Source: Candidatus Aenigmatarchaeota archaeon (GTDB taxonomy: Archaea; Aenigmatarchaeota; Aenigmatarchaeia; Aenigmatarchaeales; Aenigmatarchaeaceae). Taken from it: a stretch of 54,998 nucleotides of DNA. Location: contig JAFCDY010000002.1 of the NCBI GenBank assembly GCA_017609445.1, positions 1 through 54,998 on the forward strand, in the 5' to 3' direction. The first letter of the stretch is position 1. Every line of letters starts with the position of its first letter. The position numbers and the translations under genes were made by a program. The notes under the pieces were generated by a model, which did not search any database, had not been told where the DNA came from, and saw nothing but the letters and a program-made list of their open reading frames with translations. Shown here in pieces: positions 9,552-18,100 of this stretch.

Positions 9552-10864
9552 AATTCTCTTAGAGTACTTTCAATCGGAAACACTACAAGGACATTGAAGA
9601 ACATGTTCTTAAGGTGTACATTTTTCTTATTCACCCTAACCTCATTGAATCTGGGCATGAACGCGCCGACAAAGATGATTCTAAGAAAGAAAGATAATAG
9701 GAACAACAACTGAATCCCAACTAAAGTGAATAGACTAAATCCTGTGAAATATGCTGCAAGCAAACCACCAACCAAAGGACCGACGAACAACCCTGCTTTA
9801 CTCAAGAATCTATAGTTTGCTACAAATGAGGGACTCTCATTTTTAGGGACAACATCTAAAAGATAGTTGAAGCTAGCCAAACTAAAACCAGCAAAAACAA
9901 ACCCAGAAAATATCTGAACTAGCATTGCTTGTGGACCGTTTGTCACAAATATAAAAGGCAAAATACCAAGAGGTGTCAAAATAGAACATATCCTAAGGAC
10001 CAAAACATCCCCATATCTGTCTGATATGACTCCCCAATACCTCTGGGAAACGACGCTTGTTAATATGAAACCTGCAGTAACAGCTGCAAACCAGAAATAT
10101 CCTATTTCAATTGTTTTTAACATAGAGACTATGATAAAAGGAGACGCCATACCGACCGCAAGATGCATGAGCATTCTGAAGATGACAAAATTAGAATAGT
10201 TCTTATGCTCCCTGATACCCCTTAGGAAATGCGGAAAACTAAAATGAAAGTGTTTGTGAGATTTTGGTGGGTCTGTGTCTGGGACCCTCTTCATATAAAA
10301 ATAGGATATCATACCAAAGACAAACGAGATTGCGAAGATTACAGCAAATCCCTGGATGTTGTCTATCCACCCGAGAAACCAACCAGCAGACAGGGTAGCT
10401 AAGAAAGAAGCCAGATTATTGAACATGTTTCTTGTTCCGAAAAACCTTCCTCTGATTCTTTCTGGAACCAGATCAGCCATCCAGGTAGTCCAAGCAGTGC
10501 TGCCTATCTCACTGAATATTGCATACAGAGATAAGAACAGCAGAATAATCCAGATACCGCCATCGTAGAAGAATGGGACAAATATAATGGGCAACAAGAA
10601 GAGCCTGTTGAATAAGGCTGTCACAAGTGATGCTCTTTTTTTGCTGTTAGTCTTCTTTATGAACTTAGAAGAGAAGAGCTGCGAGAGCATCCCGACAAGT
10701 TCAGGCAGAGCTTTTATTAGACCAATCATTTCATTTCCTGCGCCGACAGCTAGGGCGAGAGGTATCATATAGTTGTCCTTTATTCCCTGCCTGACATGGT
10801 TAGTGAAACCATGTTTTAGAGAATTCTTTAGTCCTCTGTCTACCTGTTTCTTAGATAATTTCAT
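9515..10864 (-). CDS. Major facilitator superfamily (MFS) transporter
   Basis: 449 aa with about 12 hydrophobic helices and an MFS-like loop motif (PERIRGRFFG) after the second or third helix. Confidence 0.8.
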   Translation of the reverse strand: MKLSKKQVDRGLKNSLKHGFTNHVRQGIKDNYMIPLALAVGAGNEMIGLIKALPELVGMLSQLFSSKFIKKTNSKKRASLVTALFNRLFLLPIIFVPFFYDGGIWIILLFLSLYAIFSEIGSTAWTTWMADLVPERIRGRFFGTRNMFNNLASFLATLSAGWFLGWIDNIQGFAVIFAISFVFGMISYFYMKRVPDTDPPKSHKHFHFSFPHFLRGIREHKNYSNFVIFRMLMHLAVGMASPFIIVSMLKTIEIGYFWFAAVTAGFILTSVVSQRYWGVISDRYGDVLVLRICSILTPLGILPFIFVTNGPQAMLVQIFSGFVFAGFSLASFNYLLDVVPKNESPSFVANYRFLSKAGLFVGPLVGGLLAAYFTGFSLFTLVGIQLLFLLSFFLRIIFVGAFMPRFNEVRVNKKNVHLKNMFFNVLVVFPIESTLRELKHVIHYLHTRR

Positions 10865-10870
10865 AGTTCA

Positions 10871-11068
10871 TCATTTTTTCTTCTTTTTTGGCTTTTCCAT
10901 ATAACCTGTGTAGAAAATCAAAACGCCTAAGATGATCAATACCAAGGGACCTAATCCTTTAGCTATTCCCCAGAGGTATACCCAATATCCCTTACCTAAA
11001 AAAGAAATAGGCAATATTAACCATAATCCTATCAGGAACACAACTATACCAGCTATCTTCTTTATCAT
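10871..11068 (-). CDS. Small two-TM membrane protein with a poly-lysine tail
   Basis: 65-aa ORF with two hydrophobic helices, ending in KPKKKKK. It lies 6 nt upstream of the MFS gene on the same strand. Confidence 0.4.
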   Translation of the reverse strand: MIKKIAGIVVFLIGLWLILPISFLGKGYWVYLWGIAKGLGPLVLIILGVLIFYTGYMEKPKKKKK

Positions 11069-11127
11069 GCACTCACCTAAATCTTTATGATTTGTTTCTC
11101 TATAAATAAATAACTAAGAAAGAGAAT

Positions 11128-11502
11128 TCATCCGGTTACTCCTGTAGCTTCCAGTAACATAGTTTGGATTTCTGCCAATTGATTTTCTGGTAGAGAATAG
11201 ATATAACCAAAGATGGAGTCTTTATCGCCTCCTGTTGTGCCAACTTCTTTCACACCATGTTCAGATACCAGATGAGAAATAGCCTCAGGGACTCCTTCCC
11301 AAGAATAGTTCCAGCCTGCTCCTGCTCCCATCGGATCGTAGGACATAGCAAGCCCAAACCGCTCTGGTTGTTTGGGTTGATAATGACCTTTACAGTACTC
11401 TTTGTTTCCATAAACCTCAACTCTTCTGATTCGGGGCCCATCGAATGTACACTCAGACCCTAGACTACAAGAACCTTTTTTCATATTAGACATAACTTTC
11501 AT
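11128..11502 (-). CDS. Hypothetical protein (orphan)
   Basis: Open frame 11128-11520. An ATG at 11502 lies downstream of a TATA-like box in the promoter region shared divergently with L15e. No motif was recognised. Confidence 0.45.
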   Translation of the reverse strand: MKVMSNMKKGSCSLGSECTFDGPRIRRVEVYGNKEYCKGHYQPKQPERFGLAMSYDPMGAGAGWNYSWEGVPEAISHLVSEHGVKEVGTTGGDKDSIFGYIYSLPENQLAEIQTMLLEATGVTG

Positions 11503-11580
11503 ACTACATATAATAAACAAAAATCTTTATAAGTGTTCCATTTATATATAGATAACTAAGCTTGAAGCCAATGGGGCGAT

Positions 11581-12138
11581 GTGAGAATGGGAATGTACAA
11601 ATATATCAAAAAAACTTGGAGAAGTCCTGAGTACAAGGAAATACAGAAAGAGAGACTGATTTCTTGGAGAAAACAGCCTGTCACCCTTAAAATTGACAGA
11701 CCTACCAGACTGGACAGAGCCAGATCTCTGGGATACAAAGCAAAACAAGGTTATGTTCTGGTCAGGACAAAAATAGGAAAGGGTACGAGTAAAAGAGAAA
11801 CTCCTTCTGGAGGCAGAAAACCACTGCATGCAGGAAGAACAAAGCATACACCAGGAATGAGTCTGCAGAGGATAGCTGAAGGGAGAGTAAATAAGAAATT
11901 TCCGAATCTTGAAGTTCTGAACAGCTACTATGTGGCCGACGACGGAAAGAGCAAGTGGTTTGAGGTAATTTTGATTGATCCCAACCATCCTGTCATCAAG
12001 AACGATCCGAAAATGAAGTGGATTGGAAGGCAGAAGAGGAGAGTTTACAGAGGACTGACGTCTGCTGGAAAGAAGGGAAGAATGATGAGAGGAAAAGGCA
12101 AAGGATTTGAGAGAAAGAACAAACCCAGAATGAGATGA
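11581..12138 (+). CDS. rpl15e: 50S ribosomal protein L15e
   Basis: [15 protein letters not shown]... then a very basic protein with the L15e-typical N-terminus and length. The start may be the ATG at 11587. Confidence 0.9.
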   Translation: MRMGMYKYIKKTWRSPEYKEIQKERLISWRKQPVTLKIDRPTRLDRARSLGYKAKQGYVLVRTKIGKGTSKRETPSGGRKPLHAGRTKHTPGMSLQRIAEGRVNKKFPNLEVLNSYYVADDGKSKWFEVILIDPNHPVIKNDPKMKWIGRQKRRVYRGLTSAGKKGRMMRGKGKGFERKNKPRMR

Positions 12139-12143
12139 ACAAT

Positions 12144-12181
12144 TTTGTACAACAAAAATGTTTAAATATTTGTACAACAAA
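12144..12181. promoter_or_regulatory. TATA box (TTTAAATA, 12161-12168) flanked by two copies of TTTGTACAACAAA, each containing the palindrome TTGTACAA
   Basis: Direct reading shows 13-bp repeats at 12144-12156 and 12169-12181. The site lies upstream of the 44-codon ORF at 12190. Confidence 0.5.
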
Positions 12182-12189
12182 TTCTTAGT

Positions 12190-12324
12190 ATGGTGAGAGT
12201 GGGAAAAGCCAACAGCATAACTGTAATAGTAAGGGATAGAAAGAAAGGGAAGAGCAAGTCTTTCACAGTCTATGATGCGAACGTCAATGAAGTTATAAGG
12301 AAAATAAAGAGAGCTTTGAGATGA
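12190..12324 (+). CDS. Small basic ORF (44 aa), hypothetical
   Basis: Own translation: MVRVGKANSITVIVRDRKKGKSKSFTVYDANVNEVIRKIKRALR*. It is below the ORF-track cutoff and is preceded by the TATA/operator arrangement. Confidence 0.3.
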   Translation: MVRVGKANSITVIVRDRKKGKSKSFTVYDANVNEVIRKIKRALR

Positions 12325-12346
12325 TTCTATTGTCGTTAGCTTCCTG

Positions 12347-12369
12347 TAGAAAGGTATTTAAGTTTTTCT
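12347..12369 (+). promoter_or_regulatory. BRE/TATA promoter module TAGAAAGGTATTTAAGTTTTTCT
   Basis: The TATA-like TATTTAAG lies about 30 bp upstream of the ATG at 12385 (leaderless geometry). A 22/23 identical copy is at 54906-54928. Confidence 0.55.
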
Positions 12370-12384
12370 GAACAAGATAAGCTT

Positions 12385-12708
12385 ATGAATAGACATAAGA
12401 AAAAAGAGAAAGGCGCTCCGGTAATTTTTGGTGGTGGCAGAAAAACAGGAACCAATCTTGGAGATGCGTGGACACGATATAAGCTTGGTGGTAATGGAGG
12501 TGTCTATATGGAAGATCTTCAATTAGACGGCATCAATAAAGGAAGACACAATGGGCCACGTGGCCAATATGGTTCTTACATGGTGATTGTAACCGGGGGC
12601 TTTAACTATAGAAAGCTAAGGGGAGGATCTACTGTCAATTTAGAAATAACCAAGGTAAGCGGAAATCTTGCCCTAGGAAGGTCCATTAAAGAAGTACCAA
12701 CTTTATAA
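12385..12708 (+). CDS. Small glycine-rich basic protein, hypothetical; the C-terminal part is weakly TRAM/OB-like
   Basis: 107-aa ORF behind a strong consensus-like promoter. The pattern ..YMEDLQLDG..GSYMVIVTGG..GGSTVNLEITKV..ALGRSI loosely resembles TRAM-domain beta strands. Confidence 0.45.
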   Translation: MNRHKKKEKGAPVIFGGGRKTGTNLGDAWTRYKLGGNGGVYMEDLQLDGINKGRHNGPRGQYGSYMVIVTGGFNYRKLRGGSTVNLEITKVSGNLALGRSIKEVPTL

Positions 12709-12747
12709 ATAACACTCTTTTTTAAACACAATTTCCCTATTCTAATC

Positions 12748-13452
12748 ATGAAATTCTATGATCTAGAACTACATACAGGAGACAACACAATCCAGCAGCT
12801 AGCTGAATTTGCAGAGAAATTAGAATATTCGGGAATAGCTGTTTGTAATGATTTTGAAAGTTTGGAAAAACTGGAAAAAATAAAGAAAGAAATAGAAGAC
12901 GTAAAGTCTAATATAAAGATACTCCTAGGAGTAAAAATAAAGGCTGACGAACCAGCTGAACTCAACAAACTAATAAGTCAGGTCAGAAATAAGGTGGATA
13001 TTCTCATTGTCTATGGTGGGAAATACAACATAAACAGGGCTGCCTGCGAGAACCCCAGAGTAGACATACTAGCGCATCCAGAACATGGAAGATATGATAA
13101 CGGATTGGATGTTCCATGCATGAGGGCCGCGGTCACTAACAATGTGGCAGTTCAGATAAACTTCAGAAATATTCTTCATACATTCAGAAGGCCTAGAGCC
13201 CATATCCTGAGCCATATAAAGAAGAATATAGAATTGTGCAAAGGGTTTAATGTTCCTATTATTTTGTGTTCAGGCGCCCAAAATACCTGGGAGATGAGAG
13301 ACCCAAGAGAGATAATATCAATAGCAAATGTTCTGGGGATGGATCTAGGGAAGGCTTTTGTATCAATGTCCGATGTACCGAGAGGAATTATTGACAAGAA
13401 TCTGAAGACTTTAAAGGGAGAAGCTTACAGAGGAGTTGAGGTAGTTGGCTGA
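12748..13452 (+). CDS. rnp3: RNase P protein component 3 (Rpp30/Rnp3, PHP-like fold)
   Basis: MKFYDLELHT... Size and position directly before Pop5 match the conserved archaeal superoperon. Confidence 0.8.
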   Translation: MKFYDLELHTGDNTIQQLAEFAEKLEYSGIAVCNDFESLEKLEKIKKEIEDVKSNIKILLGVKIKADEPAELNKLISQVRNKVDILIVYGGKYNINRAACENPRVDILAHPEHGRYDNGLDVPCMRAAVTNNVAVQINFRNILHTFRRPRAHILSHIKKNIELCKGFNVPIILCSGAQNTWEMRDPREIISIANVLGMDLGKAFVSMSDVPRGIIDKNLKTLKGEAYRGVEVVG

Positions 13453-13822
13453 AAGACCGCGGATATTGCCGCCCACTCTTAGGGAGAGGAAGAGATATCT
13501 GGCTTTCAAAGTAATATCTGAGGATAAAATGAATTATGCTGATTTATCAAACACAATATGGCACTCTATTTTGAATTTCTTGGGAGAGTTTGGAACCTCA
13601 GAAGCAGACATCTGGGTGCTGAAAGATAACTATGATGAGAAGGAACAGACTGGATTGATAAAATGCGACCATTTGGCTGTAGAAAAGGTCAGGGCAGCCC
13701 TAGCACTGGTCCAGAGAATCGGCGACATTAGGGTCATCATAAGGGTTCTCGGTATTTCCGGAACAATCAGGGCAGCCAAAAAGAAGTTCTTTGGCGAAAA
13801 AGACCTGACAAATTACACTTAA
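13445..13822 (+). CDS. rnp2: RNase P protein component 2 (Pop5/Rnp2)
   Basis: The N-terminal LPPTLRERKRYLAFKV is the Pop5 signature. It overlaps the rnp3 stop by 8 nt, with a TTG start in the track. Confidence 0.8.
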   Translation: MAERPRILPPTLRERKRYLAFKVISEDKMNYADLSNTIWHSILNFLGEFGTSEADIWVLKDNYDEKEQTGLIKCDHLAVEKVRAALALVQRIGDIRVIIRVLGISGTIRAAKKKFFGEKDLTNYT

Positions 13823-13858
13823 ATACTTTTGGGTAGTAAATAATTAATAGGTGTTATA

Positions 13859-14236
13859 ATGTCGGGTATAGAAGTCGCAGAAGCTGTTCTTTTGCTTCAA
13901 AAAGAGAAAGGCTCAGTCACATTTGTTTATCAGAGTCCATCTATCTTATCTATTTATGGAGATGACGACTTGTTTAATGGGCTAGCTGGACTAAATAATT
14001 ATAAAGAATCCTTTGATCTTCTGGCCAATTTGGAAGGAAAAGAATCAGCAAGTTTTGAACTCATACAACTTTTAAGTGATGCAGAAAACAGATTGAAACA
14101 AGTCACAAACCACTTTTCCAGAATCTCTCCTGGAAAGGATCAAAGACTTGCCAAATATAGCGAAGAAGTTAAACAAGTATTTGAGGGCACTTGGTCTCCA
14201 GATACATCTAGTTATAGGAAAAAAGACGAAGAATGA
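13859..14236 (+). CDS. Hypothetical protein (orphan) inserted in the superoperon
   Basis: 125-aa ORF with no motif recognised, lying between rnp2 and psmA. Confidence 0.5.
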   Translation: MSGIEVAEAVLLLQKEKGSVTFVYQSPSILSIYGDDDLFNGLAGLNNYKESFDLLANLEGKESASFELIQLLSDAENRLKQVTNHFSRISPGKDQRLAKYSEEVKQVFEGTWSPDTSSYRKKDEE

Positions 14237-14299
14237 TCATTCCTTGTACAGTCACCGTTTTGTAGTCAATATATAAGTTTTTGGGTTCTAAAGATAAGT

Positions 14300-15142
14300 A
14301 TGTTGACAGGACCGCAGACAATACAGCTGATAGGGATATTCTCTGATGCTTTGTATTGCTCAAATAAAGGAGATTTCTGTAACTTTATGGCAAATATGGG
14401 GCAGGCTGCCGCTCTTGACAGACAACTTATCAATATGTATGAGACAGTTGGTCTTGGCAATAAAGGCGACTATTTGTTGGGTATTGCTAGAGCAAGGAAA
14501 GAATCGCTGATAGAGGGGCTACCATTCCCGTATTGGACTGTGGGAAGGGAATTGAGAATCTGCCCTGAGAGTAGTGTGAAGGAAGGAGAAACTAAAAGGG
14601 TTTCAAAAATTGTGGCAGATGTTATTGAAGAAGTTGGTTTAGATATGGGGGTGAAGACGTACGTCAATTCCACTGAGCCTCGTGATTGGAATAACATTGG
14701 AGTTGAGATTGTTCTGAGAGACCCGTCTTGCGATGTGTCTGATACTGATAGGGCATTGGCTGAATTCTACTCAGAGACCAGAGGTGTTGATGTTGAGAAG
14801 TTATCAAGATATCTTTCAAAAGAGAGGTGGAGAGACCCAGCATATCTTCATCCGACAGGAGAGAGGGGTCACCCTCATGCAGATGTTGTTATAACTGAAC
14901 ATAATCTGTTTATGGGGGAAGGATCAGATCTCGTTCGCGAACACAGTTATAGTAGAGGAGCGTTAATACTAAATGAAGGTGAGGAAAAAGCTAATGTTGT
15001 TTCTGGAATATACCAGCTGCTGGGAGAATATACACCTATTATAACCGGTAGCCCAAATGTGGAAAGTGATAACCCAACAGATAGGGTTAAAGCATTGTGG
15101 AAAGATCTAGAAAGGAGAACCGCATTGTTCCTAACAACATGA
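14300..15142 (+). CDS. Hypothetical protein (orphan) inserted in the superoperon
   Basis: 280-aa ORF with a TATA-like AATATATAAG about 28 bp upstream of the ATG. No motif recognised. It contains His-rich HPTGERGHPHAD. Confidence 0.55.
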   Translation: MLTGPQTIQLIGIFSDALYCSNKGDFCNFMANMGQAAALDRQLINMYETVGLGNKGDYLLGIARARKESLIEGLPFPYWTVGRELRICPESSVKEGETKRVSKIVADVIEEVGLDMGVKTYVNSTEPRDWNNIGVEIVLRDPSCDVSDTDRALAEFYSETRGVDVEKLSRYLSKERWRDPAYLHPTGERGHPHADVVITEHNLFMGEGSDLVREHSYSRGALILNEGEEKANVVSGIYQLLGEYTPIITGSPNVESDNPTDRVKALWKDLERRTALFLTT

Positions 15143-15243
15143 TGAATTCTAACCTGATATCTTTATAAACCTACATATACTTTAATATAGACAGTAAAAA
15201 AGAAAGATAATAATTTTATTTTGAGGTGATTAATATCGAAGCG

Positions 15244-15945
15244 ATGCCTGAATTTATGGGTTATGATAGGGCTATAGTAACGTTTTCTCCTGACGGAAGA
15301 TTATTCCAAGTAGAATATGCAAGAGAAGCAGTCAAGAGAGGAACAACATCAGTAGGTCTAATATTTTCAAATGGTGTCGTTTTGGCAGCAATAAGAAGGC
15401 TATCTGACTTAGCTATTCCAAACATTGGAAGCGATAAAGTTCATCAGATAGACGACCACTTGGGAGCAGCCACCTCTGGCTTCCTGGCAGATGGCAGAGT
15501 ACTAATAGAAAGAGCTAGAATCAAATCGCAGATTTACAAATTAACATATGACGAACCAATAAATGTACTGGGAACAGTTAAAGAAATATCAGATGCAATG
15601 CAGTTATTCACACAATATGGCGGTGTGAGACCGTATGGTGTCGCACTACTAGTAGGCGGAGTAGATGAAAAAGGTCCGCAGTTATTTGAGGTTGATCCTT
15701 CTTCAGCATTCTATGGATGGAAAGCACAGTCAATCGGAAGGGGCGCTAATGCAGCAGTCAAGCTATTGAGAAAGGGATGGAAGGCAAATCTTTCTCAAGA
15801 CGACGCGATCAGACTAGCTTTGAGTGCTTTGAGAACAGGAGAAAAAGGGGTTAAAATATCTGAAATTGAGTTGGCTGTCATAAAAAAGGACAAATTCATG
15901 GAATTTGTTGGAGATAGCATTAAAAAATTAAAAAAATACTGGTAA
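15244..15945 (+). CDS. psmA: Proteasome subunit alpha
   Basis: MPEFMGYDRAIVTFSPDGRLFQVEYAREAVKRGTT is the canonical alpha-subunit N-terminus. An SD-like GAGGTGAT lies upstream. Confidence 0.95.
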   Translation: MPEFMGYDRAIVTFSPDGRLFQVEYAREAVKRGTTSVGLIFSNGVVLAAIRRLSDLAIPNIGSDKVHQIDDHLGAATSGFLADGRVLIERARIKSQIYKLTYDEPINVLGTVKEISDAMQLFTQYGGVRPYGVALLVGGVDEKGPQLFEVDPSSAFYGWKAQSIGRGANAAVKLLRKGWKANLSQDDAIRLALSALRTGEKGVKISEIELAVIKKDKFMEFVGDSIKKLKKYW

Positions 15946-15963
15946 ATTCAGAAGTTGATTACT

Positions 15964-16674
15964 ATGCCAATTTCTGTTGAAAAGGCTGTAATAGCAAGAA
16001 TAACTAAAGGTGGAGAGAAATTCGAGATTCTCGTTGATCCAGAGAAAGCTCTAGAGGTAAAATCGGGAAAAGAGGTTCCGCTGGACGAATTAATAGCATC
16101 ACCAGAAGTCTATGAGGATTCAAGAAAAGGGACAAGAGCCTCAGATGATAAAGTGAATAAAGCCTTTGGAACAAACGACATCAAGATCATATCAAAGAGA
16201 ATAATAAAAAACGGAGAAGTCCAGTTAACAACAGAACAGAGAAAATCAATGCAAGAAGAAAAAGTAAAAAAAATAGTAAATATGATATCAAGAAGGGGAA
16301 TAAACCCGCAGACAAATGTTCCCCACCCACCTGAGAGAATAGTGAAAGCGATTGAACAAGCTAAAGTGAAAGTAGATCCAGGAAAAAGAGCCGAAGAACA
16401 GGTTGACTCCATCCTAAAAGAGATTCAAAAGATAATTCCAATAAAATTTGAAAAAATACAGATTGCGATAAGAGTTCCGCCTGAACATGCTGGAAAATGT
16501 TCCAATGTCATGAGGAACATGGGGACTCTATTAAAAGAAGACTGGAAAGCAGACGGAAGCTATGTTTGTTTGTTAGAGATGCCGGCTGGGTTGCAGCATG
16601 AAGTCTATGATAAGTTGAATAACATAACTCATGGTAATAATGAAGTTAAAATTGTAAAAAAGGAGAGTGTCTAA
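15964..16674 (+). CDS. sdo1: SBDS-family ribosome maturation protein (Sdo1)
   Basis: AVIARITKGGEKFEILVDPEKALEVKSGK is the SBDS N-terminal domain pattern. Its position after psmA is conserved. Confidence 0.9.
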   Translation: MPISVEKAVIARITKGGEKFEILVDPEKALEVKSGKEVPLDELIASPEVYEDSRKGTRASDDKVNKAFGTNDIKIISKRIIKNGEVQLTTEQRKSMQEEKVKKIVNMISRRGINPQTNVPHPPERIVKAIEQAKVKVDPGKRAEEQVDSILKEIQKIIPIKFEKIQIAIRVPPEHAGKCSNVMRNMGTLLKEDWKADGSYVCLLEMPAGLQHEVYDKLNNITHGNNEVKIVKKESV

Positions 16675-17364
16675 ATGGATGAAAATAAATCAGAAGTTTT
16701 GGTAAATGAAAGACAATTGGTAATACCTGGAGATGTACTCGCAAGGGGTTTGGATTTTCTTCCAAGCACTGGGTGTTACAGATCAGACAATGAAATAAAA
16801 ACTAAGTTATTAGGATTAGCAAGAATAAAAGACAGGTTTATAGGAGTTGTCCCGCTGTCCGGTGTGTATGTGCCTAGACAAGGTGACGGAATAATTGGCA
16901 TTGTGCAGGATCTGCAGTCAACTTTTTGGATAATTGACATAAACAGTCCTTATGACGCCATCTTACAGTTAGGAGAGGCTACTGGAGAATATGTTGATTT
17001 AAGTAAAACAGACATATCTGTTTACTATGATGTCGGTGATGTAATATATGCCAAGGTAAATACTGTGGCAAAATCAAAGAACATAACGCTGACAATGAAC
17101 GACTACAGGGCAAAGAAACTGGTAGGCGGCAAGATTGTAAAAATAACGCCATTCAAGGTCCCAAGGCTGATAGGAAAAGAGGGATCAATGATTGAGCTGA
17201 TAAAAGGCAAGACAAACTGCCAGATAATAGTCGGGCAGAACGGTGTTGTTTGGATAAAGGGTGATAATGTGGGTCTGGCAGCCAAAGCTGTGAAGATTAT
17301 AGAAAAAGATTCTCATACATCAGGGTTAACTGATAAGATCACAAAAATACTGGAAGGTGAATAA
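16675..17364 (+). CDS. rrp4: Exosome complex RNA-binding protein Rrp4 (S1 + KH)
   Basis: N-terminal domain with PGD, an S1-like middle region, and a KH GxxG-type segment (LIGKEGSMIELIK). The order rrp4-rrp41-rrp42 is conserved. Confidence 0.9.
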   Translation: MDENKSEVLVNERQLVIPGDVLARGLDFLPSTGCYRSDNEIKTKLLGLARIKDRFIGVVPLSGVYVPRQGDGIIGIVQDLQSTFWIIDINSPYDAILQLGEATGEYVDLSKTDISVYYDVGDVIYAKVNTVAKSKNITLTMNDYRAKKLVGGKIVKITPFKVPRLIGKEGSMIELIKGKTNCQIIVGQNGVVWIKGDNVGLAAKAVKIIEKDSHTSGLTDKITKILEGE

Positions 17365-17365
17365 T

Positions 17366-18100
17366 ATGAAAGTAGGTGCACCAGAAAAATTAATAACCGA
17401 TGGTAAAAGAATAGATGGAAGAAAATTAGATGAGTTCAGAAAAATAAAAACTGAAGCAAGAGTATTGGATAATGCTATCGGATCGGGGATGTTCTCTTTC
17501 GGAAATACAAAGGCATTGTCGTCTGTTTATGGTCCAAAACCTTTTTTTCCGAGAGGATTGCAAGATCCCACAAAATCAATAATAACTTGCAAGTATAACA
17601 TGGCGCCATTCTCAACAACCGAGAGAATAAGGCCAGGGATCCACAGGAGAAGTGTCGAGATATCAAAGGTCATAGGCGAGGCGTTGTCTAATGTTATCTT
17701 TTCTGAAGATTATCCAAAGACAGGAATAAGCATCTTCATAGAGATAATCCAGGCAGATGCATCGACCAGATGCGCTGGTCTGAATGCAGCTTGTATTGCG
17801 TTGGCAGATTCAGGCGTGCCAATGAGAGACATGGTAAGCTGCTGTTCGGTTGGAAAAGTTGATGGAGAACTGGTATTAGATGTAGGAAGATTAGAAGATA
17901 ACTATGGTGACGTTGACTTGGCCATAGCAACAGTAGGCGGGACAGACAAAGTGGTATTACTTCAAATGGACGGAATAGTTACAAAGGAAGAATTGTTCAA
18001 ATTACTTGACATGGGCGTCAAAGGCTGCGCAGTTGTCTGCGACGAGCAAAGACAAGCATTAAGAAAAAAATACAGCACAGGTGAAACTAATGAAAGATAG
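17366..18100 (+). CDS. rrp41: Exosome complex exonuclease Rrp41 (RNase PH fold)
   Basis: Contains RIDGRKLDEFRKIK, GSGMFSFGNTKALSSVYGP and ADASTR motifs typical of RNase PH/Rrp41. Confidence 0.9.
   Translation: MKVGAPEKLITDGKRIDGRKLDEFRKIKTEARVLDNAIGSGMFSFGNTKALSSVYGPKPFFPRGLQDPTKSIITCKYNMAPFSTTERIRPGIHRRSVEISKVIGEALSNVIFSEDYPKTGISIFIEIIQADASTRCAGLNAACIALADSGVPMRDMVSCCSVGKVDGELVLDVGRLEDNYGDVDLAIATVGGTDKVVLLQMDGIVTKEELFKLLDMGVKGCAVVCDEQRQALRKKYSTGETNER

Noticed and set aside
11542-12180. 212-aa minus-strand ORF
   Set aside because: It is fully antisense to the clearly recognisable L15e gene. It is Ser/Leu-rich with no motifs, a typical shadow ORF.
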